Of a DNA stretch of 64,000 nt, positions 18,433 to 27,268 are shown one piece after another. Each line of letters starts with the position of its first letter. Position 1 is the first letter of the stretch. This DNA comes from a virus. The translations under genes and the position numbers were made by a program. Location of the stretch: the IMG/VR virus record IMGVR_UViG_3300035698_009252, positions 75,604 through 139,603 of that record; one strand, written 5' to 3'. Under the pieces are notes generated by a model. It did not search any database. It was not told where the DNA came from and saw only the letters and a program-made list of their open reading frames with translations.

Positions 18433-18608
18433 TGGTGGAGCGTACAGGAATTGAACCTGCGTCGGTTCCAGCCCTCCCGCCAACTACAGTCAAACCTGCA
18501 CCGAGGAAAAAAATAAACCTCTGATTGGTACAGGACTCACTGCTTGGTACGAGACTTCGGAATCCCAAGTGACTTTCGTCACCGGCCTTTCCTCTCAGCC
18601 AACGCCCC
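18433..18608 (-). ncRNA. tRNA-like RNA with alanine-type acceptor stem, about 176 nt
   Basis: 5' GGGGCGT pairs with ACGCTCC-A-CCA (G3.U70); T arm GCAGG-TTCAATT-CCTGT; about 100 nt extra interior. Confidence 0.6.
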
Positions 18609-18682
18609 TTTCTCAGACTCTTGGCCAGCCTTTCGGCTGTTACCAGTTGACACCGCGTGGAGGTGGTCTGACATCGTCAACC

Positions 18683-19074
18683 TGGACGTGGGGAGAATCG
18701 AACTCCCGTCCTGGACAGGCTCACCGTAAACCTCTACATGCTTATCCAGCTACTTTCTTTTGCCGCTGGCGGGCCGCACAACAGTCCTTCCCAGAGCACC
18801 CCGTAATAAACGGTTCTGTTGTAGTACTCATTGGATGACATAGCCCGGCCACCCGCCGGGGTTCTACCTCTGTCGTTGCCGGACATCCCTTAGAGGTGTA
18901 GGGGAGCCGACACCGGGGCTGTTAAGCCGCCAGAGCGCGAGCGCCCTGGACTCCGGGGAATTGAAGAACGTTGCCGTTTACTTCAGTGTTGGAAGGCTTT
19001 TTAGGAGGCCAACCTTACCAACCTCCGCATGCAGTTAACGACTTGCATCTGCCAGTCGAAACCTTGTCACGCCC
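18683..19074 (-). ncRNA. ssrA: tmRNA
   Basis: 5' GGGCGTGACAAGGTTTCGAC; 3' GACGGGAGTTCGATTCTCCCCACGTCCA (G3.U70, no encoded CCA); tag frame GNVLQFPGVQGARALAA-TAA. Confidence 0.93.
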
Positions 19075-19176
19075 ATATTTTCAAAGAACGACCGTAGCAT
19101 TCACCGTCTACCGCTACGAGTCAACATCAAATTATACTCTATCCATTGCTCCAGGGAGCATCAATTCTGAAAAAAT

Positions 19177-19629
19177 TACTAGCAGGCCGGGTTTTCGCCG
19201 ACACACTTACCTACCCCACCCTCCACGTAGAGCCATAACTTCAACGGGATAGGGTCATAGGCTTAAAGCTCAGTCCTAATCGTTTGCCCCACCTCCAACC
19301 GGGAGGCTACGGGTTCTCTATTCCACCCAAGGAAGGCCATTTACATCTGCAAGACAGGCTTGCTCCTCTCTCGCGTCCGGGCTCTCACCGGCACCCCTGG
19401 ACTTTGCAACCTACTTCTTTCGGTTCGGCGACCCGTTCGGATTCTAACCTACTAAGGGATTTTTGCGCACGGGGACTATTGGTGCGCGGGGTGTGTTACG
19501 GCTCCAGCAACATCCAAGGTGTTCCGGTACCGGGTAGTCCGCAAGAAGGGGACAAGACCACATTCTCGCGCTTGCCTGGTGTGTCCGGGCTTGGATTCGC
19601 CTTCACCAGCGCCACACCGCTGCCAGTAA
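19177..19629 (-). ncRNA. Unassigned structured RNA, about 450 nt
   Basis: Termini TTACTGGCAG / CTGCTAGTAA pair, GACACAC / GTGTGTC long-range pairing, T-loop-like hairpins; no credible ORF. Confidence 0.5.
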
Positions 19630-19644
19630 AATATCAATGAACAA

Positions 19645-19806
19645 ATCGAGCGACAGGGTTTTCACCTGCACGACGGGTATTTCATCTTTGCTTCAAGACT
19701 GCGTTTCTTGATTTGGCTTTCGCTCGCCTCAAGGCATTCAGTCAACACCCCGTCTATTTCACCGCATCGCTGCTGGCAGTTTAGCGTCTAATTCCGCCAC
19801 GCTCAA
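19645..19806 (-). ncRNA. tRNA-like RNA with expanded centre, about 160 nt
   Basis: TGAGCG / CGCTCG stem, Leu-type D arm TGGCGGAATTAGACGC, T-arm-like GCAGG-TGAAAAC-CCTGT. Confidence 0.55.
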
Positions 19807-19812
19807 AAACCA

Positions 19813-20383
19813 ATGTTGCCTGCCCCGCCCTCACGTCCTCTTACTCTCGGACAGAGGCTTCAGCTTCGCCACGCACCGAGGTCCGGTAATCCGTGACAGT
19901 AACCCGTCAGACAACAAATCAAAATCAAAGGGCAGGCTTGTTCGCCACAGTCCCAGAGCGGGCCGTTTAACTCCCGCTTTTCTTCCGGCATTGTTCCTTC
20001 TTCTGCAAGCAGAAGTTCACCGGGCCAATTGCAGACTAGCTGCTGGCCGATGCCGAAGCTGAGGCTGTACCTGCCATGAGGCACCGCCGAAGACGTGGCT
20101 GGTTTACGCATCCCAGCCGTAGCCCTGTTTTGCCTCCGCAAATGCGGAGATGGCTTCCCGGATTGTCTCCGGCATGGGGACGACGGTTTCCCGTCAATCC
20201 TCCACCACCCGGATTTTTGATAAGGTTCCGGGGAACCGCATCGGAAAGGCCGCAACAGCACCCGAAGGCTGCCGTACGACGGTTCCCAACGAAAACGCCT
20301 TTGGGCCAGTCGCACCAGAGATTTGTGCCACACTGTTTTTTTTCTTGGCTCCCGGCGATAGTTCTTACCAACCGGCCCAAAGG
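19813..20383 (-). ncRNA. Tract of unassigned structured RNA(s)
   Basis: Dense hairpins, e.g. CCTTTGGGCCGGT / ACTGGCCCAAAGG, CTCCGCATTTGCGGAG, GACGGGAAACCGTC; ORFs here look non-coding. Confidence 0.4.
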
Positions 20384-20455
20384 TAAATCTTTCAAAGAAC
20401 TGGCCTTGCGGCCTCGTCATCCCATTCATTGCGCAACTGGTTCGGGATTCTGAAC

Positions 20456-20827
20456 CTATCTTCCCAAAATCCCTTTCGCCGAATCGGGTTCATCGGCCAG
20501 TTTGTCCGGTAGTGCACCTTTGCCCTGTGGCTTCGCAGGAGAAGGAGCGACTTCCTTGATAATCTTTCCTAGCACCAAATCTACAATACGTCCAGCAGCA
20601 ATTTCAACGCCTTCGTCACGCAGCCTCTCGGTCTCATTCAATTTGGCCTGTACCTGGTCCCATTTGCGGTACTCCTTGAACCCGATAGCCCACCGGCCAT
20701 CATAAAAAACATCCCAACGATACCGGAGTGGAGCCAAGTTGTGCTCAATATTCCGGCGCTTGGTGTTCGCTCTCTGCTTGTCTTTCTTCTTCTTCTGTTT
20801 GCGCTTCTGTACTTTTGTCTGGCTCAT
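20456..20827 (-). CDS. Hypothetical protein with basic N-terminus
   Basis: 123-aa ORF preceded by a TATAAT box near 20865. Confidence 0.6.
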   Translation of the reverse strand: MSQTKVQKRKQKKKKDKQRANTKRRNIEHNLAPLRYRWDVFYDGRWAIGFKEYRKWDQVQAKLNETERLRDEGVEIAAGRIVDLVLGKIIKEVAPSPAKPQGKGALPDKLADEPDSAKGILGR

Positions 20828-20977
20828 ATATTATCCCCTGAGTCGAATGCCTCAACCATCCTCATTATACTCACGGGATAGCCTTCGTGCTCAAGAAAAA
20901 AAAGCGATTAGGGAAACTGCGGTGGACCCTCACCGTAGTTTGGTGGTACTGGGACATACCCTTTCAGCCCCTCTTCA

Positions 20978-22120
20978 TCATTGTATCATCGATGCCACAT
21001 GAGCCAACTCGTCGTAACTCCCGCAACAAGTCATTTGCGGATAATTCTGCTGCGGCTCACAGCAATCTTCTACGCCAGCCGCCTGTCCCTGGTTTCCCTC
21101 GGGAAGCACTTCCCCAGATACGGGGTGCTCGTCCTGCATCTCCCGAAGCATCTTCATCACCACGTCGTACTCGTCTTCGAGAATGAGGACACCCACGAAC
21201 AACTCCTTGAGGTGAGAAATGGACATGCCTTCGGTATCAGCGACCCACCGGTCCAAGTCAATTTCGTTTTCCGGCTGGTACTTTCCCACCAAGTGCTTGA
21301 GGTAAATTGCCCGAGACTTCTCGCCCAGAGGAGGCACTTCAAAGCGCCTGTCAAACCGACTTGGCCGATTGATAATGCGGGAGCCCAGCTTCTCCGGGTA
21401 GTTGGTTGTGGCCAGGAATACTGTCCACTCTAGGCCCTCTACGCCGTCCAGGAGATTCAAAATGCTGGTCTGGGAGAACCGCTCCAGCAGAGAATCCAGG
21501 TCCTCCATAATGACAACCAGGGGCGTTTTCGGCTGAATGGCCCGCAAGATACGCACACACTCCAGGAACACTTCCGGGTCATCCATCTTGATAGCCACCC
21601 CGCCACGCTCGTACACGTCACTGATGGCCAGCTTGATGGTGCAGGACTTGCCGGTGCCCGGAGGTCCAAACATGAGCAAACCACGTTTGAAGGTAAGCCC
21701 GGCCCGGCCAAACTCGTCTTCCTTCGTCCAGAACTTCTTAATTTCGTTGACGACGGCACTGACGCTGGTCTCTGGGAAGCGGATAAGGTCTTCGGTATTG
21801 CAAGGAATCCGGGAGAGGAAGTAACCGCACATCGGGCTGAACTTGCATTCGTAGTAGCCGGGAGGAAGCTGGGGCATCGTATTCCCGGCAGGACGCCACT
21901 CGGAGCCATCACCGGTCGTCCATTGCTTCATACTCTTGAGTCGGTTCTCGTCGTCCGTCGCCGCGACAAAGCTTCGTGCTACCCGTTCTGCGATATTGTC
22001 ATTCATAGTAACTTTCCCAATTTTCCTTAACATGTCCCCAGTGTCCACGTCCACCATTTCCATCCCACCATCAGGACACATGATAGGCACTGTCTTGGAG
22101 TCCAGTATCTTCTTGAGCAT
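20978..22120 (-). CDS. AAA+ ATPase
   Basis: KRGLLMFGPPGTGKS (Walker A), IMEDLD (Walker B), TTN sensor, RPSRFD arginine finger; tag-like NIAERVARSFVAA. Confidence 0.9.
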   Translation of the reverse strand: MLKKILDSKTVPIMCPDGGMEMVDVDTGDMLRKIGKVTMNDNIAERVARSFVAATDDENRLKSMKQWTTGDGSEWRPAGNTMPQLPPGYYECKFSPMCGYFLSRIPCNTEDLIRFPETSVSAVVNEIKKFWTKEDEFGRAGLTFKRGLLMFGPPGTGKSCTIKLAISDVYERGGVAIKMDDPEVFLECVRILRAIQPKTPLVVIMEDLDSLLERFSQTSILNLLDGVEGLEWTVFLATTNYPEKLGSRIINRPSRFDRRFEVPPLGEKSRAIYLKHLVGKYQPENEIDLDRWVADTEGMSISHLKELFVGVLILEDEYDVVMKMLREMQDEHPVSGEVLPEGNQGQAAGVEDCCEPQQNYPQMTCCGSYDELAHVASMIQ

Positions 22121-22263
22121 GACCCTCTTGTTCCTGGTATGGAAGAACTTTTCGAGGAAACGCTCGTATTTCTCCCGTATTTCTCGATATACATGTCGAT
22201 ACAGACTCTACGGCCCTTACACTCGACATCGACAAACCAGGGTATTGCAGTCCTTCTCATCTA

Positions 22264-22286
22264 CCTATAGGTAGAATATCAAAGAA
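22264..22286 (-). promoter_or_regulatory. Putative phage late promoter (TTCTTTGATA-N7-TATAGG)
   Basis: Intergenic motif copy. Confidence 0.65.
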
Positions 22287-22293
22287 AAAATAC

Positions 22294-22899
22294 TCACGAC
22301 ACTCTCAAGAACTCGACTTTCATCACTTTCAGTGGCCTGCTCGACGCAACTGTCCCCTGGAAAAGTTGGTCAAGGTCTCTGGGCGAAAGGGTTTTTACCG
22401 CCTTTTCGGATATATTCTTCATGTCCTCGGCAACCTCCGCGTCGGACAAAGTCTCTGCCCAGTAATCCATCTGCGCTTCCCCGAACTCGCTCAGGCTACC
22501 CTCAAATGGAATATCCTCATCAAGAATCTTCTTGTAGATTTCCCACAACTTCTTTGCTATCCCACTGACCCCATCATTCATCAACTCGAAAATGATATCC
22601 TCATCCGGCACCGCATTCTTCCAGTCCATCTTGGCAGTTATGAGTGCCCCATCTTTCGCCCTAGCCCTGCGACAAACTTCTTTCATATAGCCAACAGCCG
22701 CATTTTTATCCGTCGCCGCGTAGACCAGATTCGGGTTAGATGGATTCCCGCCAAACATCCCGCCTCCCCAATTTCCGGGATTGTCTCCACGAGATGAAAT
22801 GACCCCCGCCTTCTCTATCTTGCGACCAGCCTCGGCAGTTGTCCCGTGATAAACGATTGAGACTGATGCCACTCTCTCAACTATTCTGGCTTCATTCAT
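22294..22899 (-). CDS. ADP-ribosyltransferase-fold protein (putative), tagged
   Basis: MNEARIVERVAS then VYHGTT...IEKAG...VYAATDKNAAVGY (H-Y type ART pattern). Confidence 0.6.
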   Translation of the reverse strand: MNEARIVERVASVSIVYHGTTAEAGRKIEKAGVISSRGDNPGNWGGGMFGGNPSNPNLVYAATDKNAAVGYMKEVCRRARAKDGALITAKMDWKNAVPDEDIIFELMNDGVSGIAKKLWEIYKKILDEDIPFEGSLSEFGEAQMDYWAETLSDAEVAEDMKNISEKAVKTLSPRDLDQLFQGTVASSRPLKVMKVEFLRVS

Positions 22900-23933
22900 A
22901 GCACCGCTTTCGCCAGTTCCTTGACGGCTTTCTGCCACTTGCCCCTGGCATGCTTCTTCAGAGCCTTGAAGTATTTGCTCACATAGTGCTTCCCCCTAAA
23001 ACCAAGGCCGTACCTCACTGGGTCTTCCATCCCGATAAAGACCTTGAAGAACGTATCTTTTGTTCCGAAATACTCCAATGCGTTTTTAGTCTTTAGCTTA
23101 AACGCCCTAATCTCATCCGCAAGGTCGGTGTAGAACTCCACGTCATCCAAATTATGGAACTCGCTTGGCTCAATCCCCTTCTGCTTTAGCTTGCGAGCTT
23201 CGGGTCCCTTGGCCCGCTGTATCACGTCCGGGGTCTTATCTCTCTGGGACGGCATCCCGAACTGTCCAGACTTTCCAATGAGGACGTTCATGTATGACTG
23301 CGCCCAATGAGCCAGCTCGTGTTCGATAATCCAGTGAAGGTCTCCGCCTATCCTTATCCTGAGAGTCGCATTGTTGGCCAGCCAGTAGCCCTTGCCCTTA
23401 GTTTGCAAATCACCCTTGACTAGTTCAACCGTGATGACCCCGAACGAGTTGTCCGCGTAGGCTTTCCGCATCGGGTCTGCCGCCTTTACCTTCGAAAGAT
23501 AGCGCCACCCCGTCATGTCGGCAACGAACTTGCGCTTGACCCGACTCCATTTCTTAATCTGGACTCGGGGGAATGATTTAACAATAGCCAATAGCTCGGC
23601 AACGCGCTTCTCCCGAGTTTCGATAGCGTCCCGAAACTGCTCGGCCCGACGCTCACGCTCTTCGGCGTACTCTCTTTCAAGCTTCATCCTGTCCGGCGAA
23701 AGGCCATCGTCTATGAGCTTCTGAATTTTCTCTCGGGATTCTTTGGCCTTGTTCAGGGCCTGTTCCATAAATTGCCGGTCTTCTTCAATACTTTTCTGAT
23801 TACTCTTGACCCGATACGCCGCAATCTGGGCCTCAGACCACCGATAGATTTCATCCACCATAGCGGGTGGGGGGTGGATGGTACCCCCGGCAAGGCTCCG
23901 CGCCATCCTGAGTAATTCCTGGGCTTCTCTCAT
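22896..23933 (-). CDS. Tagged coiled-coil protein with HExxH metallopeptidase-like motif
   Basis: MREAQELLRMARSLAGG; IIEHELAHWAQ...DVEFY. Confidence 0.6.
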   Translation of the reverse strand: MREAQELLRMARSLAGGTIHPPPAMVDEIYRWSEAQIAAYRVKSNQKSIEEDRQFMEQALNKAKESREKIQKLIDDGLSPDRMKLEREYAEERERRAEQFRDAIETREKRVAELLAIVKSFPRVQIKKWSRVKRKFVADMTGWRYLSKVKAADPMRKAYADNSFGVITVELVKGDLQTKGKGYWLANNATLRIRIGGDLHWIIEHELAHWAQSYMNVLIGKSGQFGMPSQRDKTPDVIQRAKGPEARKLKQKGIEPSEFHNLDDVEFYTDLADEIRAFKLKTKNALEYFGTKDTFFKVFIGMEDPVRYGLGFRGKHYVSKYFKALKKHARGKWQKAVKELAKAVL

Positions 23934-23946
23934 AGTAGGTTCTCCA

Positions 23947-23969
23947 CCTATAGCCCCGTTATCAAAGAA
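23947..23969 (-). promoter_or_regulatory. Putative phage late promoter (TTCTTTGATA-N7-TATAGG)
   Basis: Motif overlaps the T tail of the upstream terminator. Confidence 0.65.
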
Positions 23970-23999
23970 AAAGCACCCCTCGGGCCTTCCAAGGGGTGC
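23968..23999 (-). terminator. Rho-independent terminator
   Basis: GCACCCCTTGG...CCGAGGGGTGC followed by a T run. Confidence 0.7.
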
Positions 24000-24022
24000 C
24001 TTCATCATCAATGTGTGACGTG

Positions 24023-24676
24023 TTATTCCATGCCGATATCCGACGGGCCTTCCAGTCCGGGAGAAGTCCATTTCTGCCGGAGCCCACGCAAGAAATCAAT
24101 CTTGCGCCGGACGTCCTGGATTGCAGCCATCTGCTCCGTCACCGCATCCAGGCGCTTGTCGATTTCGCTGCCAAGCTGCTCGATAGCCTCTCCGAGCTTC
24201 TCAACGGCTGCCGGGCTGAACTTAGCCTTGGTATCGGCCAACAGCTCATCCCCCGTAGGATTCGTAGGAAGATTGCTCCGGTCCACGATGTAAGCGTTGA
24301 GCTTCTCAACCGCGTATGTAATGAGCTTCGCGGAAGTTGGCGAGACACGCAGCGTTCCCAGGTCGACCGGGGTTGTGCTTGCCGGGTCAGTGATTCTCAC
24401 GCCCGCCATCTCCACGCCAACCGAGGTCTTTTTCGGAGTCATATCCTCCGACGCATCCGCCGCGAACGGAATGGGGAGCTTCAAGAGTTTCTTCCGGGAG
24501 TCCCATTTGAGCTTCTCGATGGGCTTGTTTGCATCGAAGTCCCACCAAACAACATTGACGCCGTTGTCGGCCCGGACTCTTGGGAAACGACTACCCCATC
24601 CAGAATTCTCGGGAAGGGTCAGAACGACCTTCCGCTGTTTGCCTTTGCCAGTTGCCTTGCACGCAATCATATCCAT
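24023..24676 (-). CDS. Hypothetical protein
   Basis: 217-aa ORF with GAGGAG RBS and upstream TGTATAAT. Confidence 0.65.
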   Translation of the reverse strand: MDMIACKATGKGKQRKVVLTLPENSGWGSRFPRVRADNGVNVVWWDFDANKPIEKLKWDSRKKLLKLPIPFAADASEDMTPKKTSVGVEMAGVRITDPASTTPVDLGTLRVSPTSAKLITYAVEKLNAYIVDRSNLPTNPTGDELLADTKAKFSPAAVEKLGEAIEQLGSEIDKRLDAVTEQMAAIQDVRRKIDFLRGLRQKWTSPGLEGPSDIGME

Positions 24677-24767
24677 CTCCTCTCATATTTCCAGCACACA
24701 GTGCTGATGTTTCGTAGAAACATTATACACCGGGAAGATGACCCCGTGCGCACGTCTCTACTAAAAT

Positions 24768-27158
24768 CTACTGCCGTCTACGGTCTATCGTATAGATATG
24801 GCACTGATTCATGTCGCTGCGACCCCAGAAAATGGTGTCACCCCGCCTTGCCACATTCCCGCCGAAGTCCCGCTGCCGGTCCTCCGCCGTCTCCCCGGTG
24901 ATACTCCCCACATCGGTAAACTGGCTACCGTCATACGCCACCAGCTTGTCCGGGTCAGTTGCCGCGAAATAGACAAAGTGCTCGTCCGCCTTGGCATCCT
25001 GGATACTCAATGTCCACGTGTCATGCAACACCTGCCAGTTACTACCGACCTTCTTGCTGATACGCCCGTCAGCCGCGAACCTCGACCCTGCCCCGGCACC
25101 ATGTCCCATGTACAGCTCATCCTGGAATACCACCAATTTCAATCCCGGAGATGGCTCGGTATGACCCGAGAACGTACCGTACACCTCGTCACCGAAGTTG
25201 GTCAGGTAATGATAATCATTCCCAAACTCAACGATGGACCGGACCAGTGCCTTAACCGGAAGTGTCAGGTAAACATGACCACTCCAGACATCAACCACCT
25301 GTGGGTTCGTATGGAAGTTAGCCGGAGGCCGCAAGTCCCCACTGGAAGTGTATACCGGATGGCCTTGGTATACCGTCCCCGCCAAGTTCCACGGGTACGG
25401 GCAACTATGGGCTTCCGTTAAGGCACCGTTCTCGTACACCAGGCACTTATTCCCGCCGTGCTCCGGGCAAAAGATAACCTGGTCATACCAAACAGTCGCA
25501 AGCTGCCACGTCTCTTCTGCGTCATACTTGTCATACAAGGTTTTGATGGGGCCAAAAGGAGGGTCCTCCCACATGAATATCTGGACATGCCACGGGTCCC
25601 GATAGACATTGCTGGTGCCCCAGAACAGGGCCTTGTACTTCTCGACGTACTCCATGAACGTAACCTTGTACGCATTGTCATCACTCGACCACACTTTCTT
25701 CGGGGACGAATGAACCCACTCACCCGTAGGAGGCGCATCTTCCGGGAAGTCAATCTGCTTCACCTCTAACTGTAAATCCCTCTTGTTGGCCGGAGCCTTC
25801 TCGTCATTGTCCACCAACCACATATTGACGTACAGATGCAGGTTGTCCTCTTCCGTCGGGATGTCGTCGCCCGTGTAGCTCCACTCGTCAATGACGTAAT
25901 CGGAGGACGGAGGCTCGGCATAATGCCCATGGAACGACTTGAACGTAACCTTGTCGGGCTGCCATTCAATCACATGCGTCGTTGCCCCGCCATCCAAGTC
26001 CATCATCTTCTTGTGCTTGTGACCCGGCACGTCCCATGGCTGGACGCAATACTGGAGGTTGTATGACGCATTCTTCTTGCCCCAACGTGAGGCTTCGATG
26101 TCAACTTCCTTGTCATCATCCGCCCACAGGAACATGCCCAGAACGATGTTCCGGTCGATATCGTCCAAGGATGGATTCGAGCAGTTGACGTAGAATCGGT
26201 ACGTGCCGTACTTGGCCACGTCAACACACTTGGCTTCACCACACAACCACTTGCAGTTATCCTGCCGAATCTTCATATACAGACGGTTGGCATGGATATC
26301 CGCGTTGTATGGATGCCACCAGTTGCTCCCCGGCGCATATCTCTGCCCGTCCTGCTTGATGTCCCATTGACGGCCCATGAATGTCTGCGGGCTGCGCTTG
26401 TACATGGGGGACGTGGGTTCCGGCTGCGGGTCCGGGTCGGGCTGGGGGTCTGGGTCCGGCTGCTGTGGAGAGTCCGGGTCAACCAATTGAATGATATTCG
26501 AGCGTTCCTGTACGCTCGTGACTCCTACCCGGTTATGGCCGCACACGCACAGCCAGACCTTGTCCGTCGTGCGATAAGCATAGTTCTCCCATGCGCCGGT
26601 AAAGATTTTCTTGTTGCCACGGTCACTCTTGAGAATCTTCTTCGCCTGAGTGTGCTGTCCTTGGAGCAACCATTCCGTCCACATCTGCGACTTCTGGCCA
26701 TCCCGCTCCACGAATATCATAATGCTGCCATTCGGGTCGTTATGAATCTTGTCAGTCTTCGGCCATCTATCAGGATGGGAACCTTCCCATGACACGGTAG
26801 CGCCACCAATCTTGCCATTGCTGATATGACAAGTGATTGGCCAATTGTCTACACGGGCATCGCCACCATTCAGGGCGAAGCCAGCCGGGTTGATTGCGTC
26901 CAAAGACGGTTCGGGCTCAGGCTCTGGGTCCGGGTCTGGGTCCGGCTCTGGTTCTGGTTCTGGCTCCGGGTCCGGCTCTGGTTCTGGCTCTGGCTCCGGG
27001 TCCGGCTCTGGCTCTGGCTCTGGCTCCGGCTCCGGCTCTGGCTCTGGCTCTGGCTCCGGCTCCGGCTCTGGCTCAGGTTCTGGCTCTGGGTCCGGGTTAT
27101 TGGGCTTCTTACCGCGTAAGAAATCAATTATCGACTGAAAGAAATCTGACAATGACAT
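24768..27158 (-). CDS. Multidomain protein: (EP)n linker, unknown domain, GH16-like glycoside hydrolase, beta-propeller-like C-terminus
   Basis: YGTYRFYV...VLGMFLW...[10 protein letters not shown] (ExDxE motif)...[12 protein letters not shown]. Confidence 0.7.
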   Translation of the reverse strand: MSLSDFFQSIIDFLRGKKPNNPDPEPEPEPEPEPEPEPEPEPEPEPEPEPEPDPEPEPEPEPDPEPEPEPEPDPDPDPEPEPEPSLDAINPAGFALNGGDARVDNWPITCHISNGKIGGATVSWEGSHPDRWPKTDKIHNDPNGSIMIFVERDGQKSQMWTEWLLQGQHTQAKKILKSDRGNKKIFTGAWENYAYRTTDKVWLCVCGHNRVGVTSVQERSNIIQLVDPDSPQQPDPDPQPDPDPQPEPTSPMYKRSPQTFMGRQWDIKQDGQRYAPGSNWWHPYNADIHANRLYMKIRQDNCKWLCGEAKCVDVAKYGTYRFYVNCSNPSLDDIDRNIVLGMFLWADDDKEVDIEASRWGKKNASYNLQYCVQPWDVPGHKHKKMMDLDGGATTHVIEWQPDKVTFKSFHGHYAEPPSSDYVIDEWSYTGDDIPTEEDNLHLYVNMWLVDNDEKAPANKRDLQLEVKQIDFPEDAPPTGEWVHSSPKKVWSSDDNAYKVTFMEYVEKYKALFWGTSNVYRDPWHVQIFMWEDPPFGPIKTLYDKYDAEETWQLATVWYDQVIFCPEHGGNKCLVYENGALTEAHSCPYPWNLAGTVYQGHPVYTSSGDLRPPANFHTNPQVVDVWSGHVYLTLPVKALVRSIVEFGNDYHYLTNFGDEVYGTFSGHTEPSPGLKLVVFQDELYMGHGAGAGSRFAADGRISKKVGSNWQVLHDTWTLSIQDAKADEHFVYFAATDPDKLVAYDGSQFTDVGSITGETAEDRQRDFGGNVARRGDTIFWGRSDMNQCHIYTIDRRRQ
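26905..27095. repeat. Hexamer tandem repeat encoding (EP/DP)n
   Basis: About 30 ggctct/ggctcc/gggtcc units. Confidence 0.9.
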
Positions 27159-27268
27159 TACCCACCTACAGATATGCTCCGAAAGGGAGACTCGTTTGTA
27201 ACTCCCGCATTATCTAAATATCCAGGAAAACTGTCAACGGGATTGATTTCACAGAGTGCGAAAGCAAC

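Noticed and set aside
19177-19629. RNase P RNA call for the 450-nt RNA
   Set aside because: The 3' AAAACCCGGC resembles the RNase P 3' conserved region, but the GAGGAAAGUCC 5' conserved region is absent on that strand.
19860-20429. 189-aa and 119-aa ORFs in the hairpin tract
   Set aside because: Composition is not protein-like, there is no clear RBS, and dense RNA structure explains the region better.
26833-27138. (GS)n, (LW)n and (SQ)n ORFs
   Set aside because: Alternative-frame readings of the hexamer repeat that encodes the (EP)n linker.
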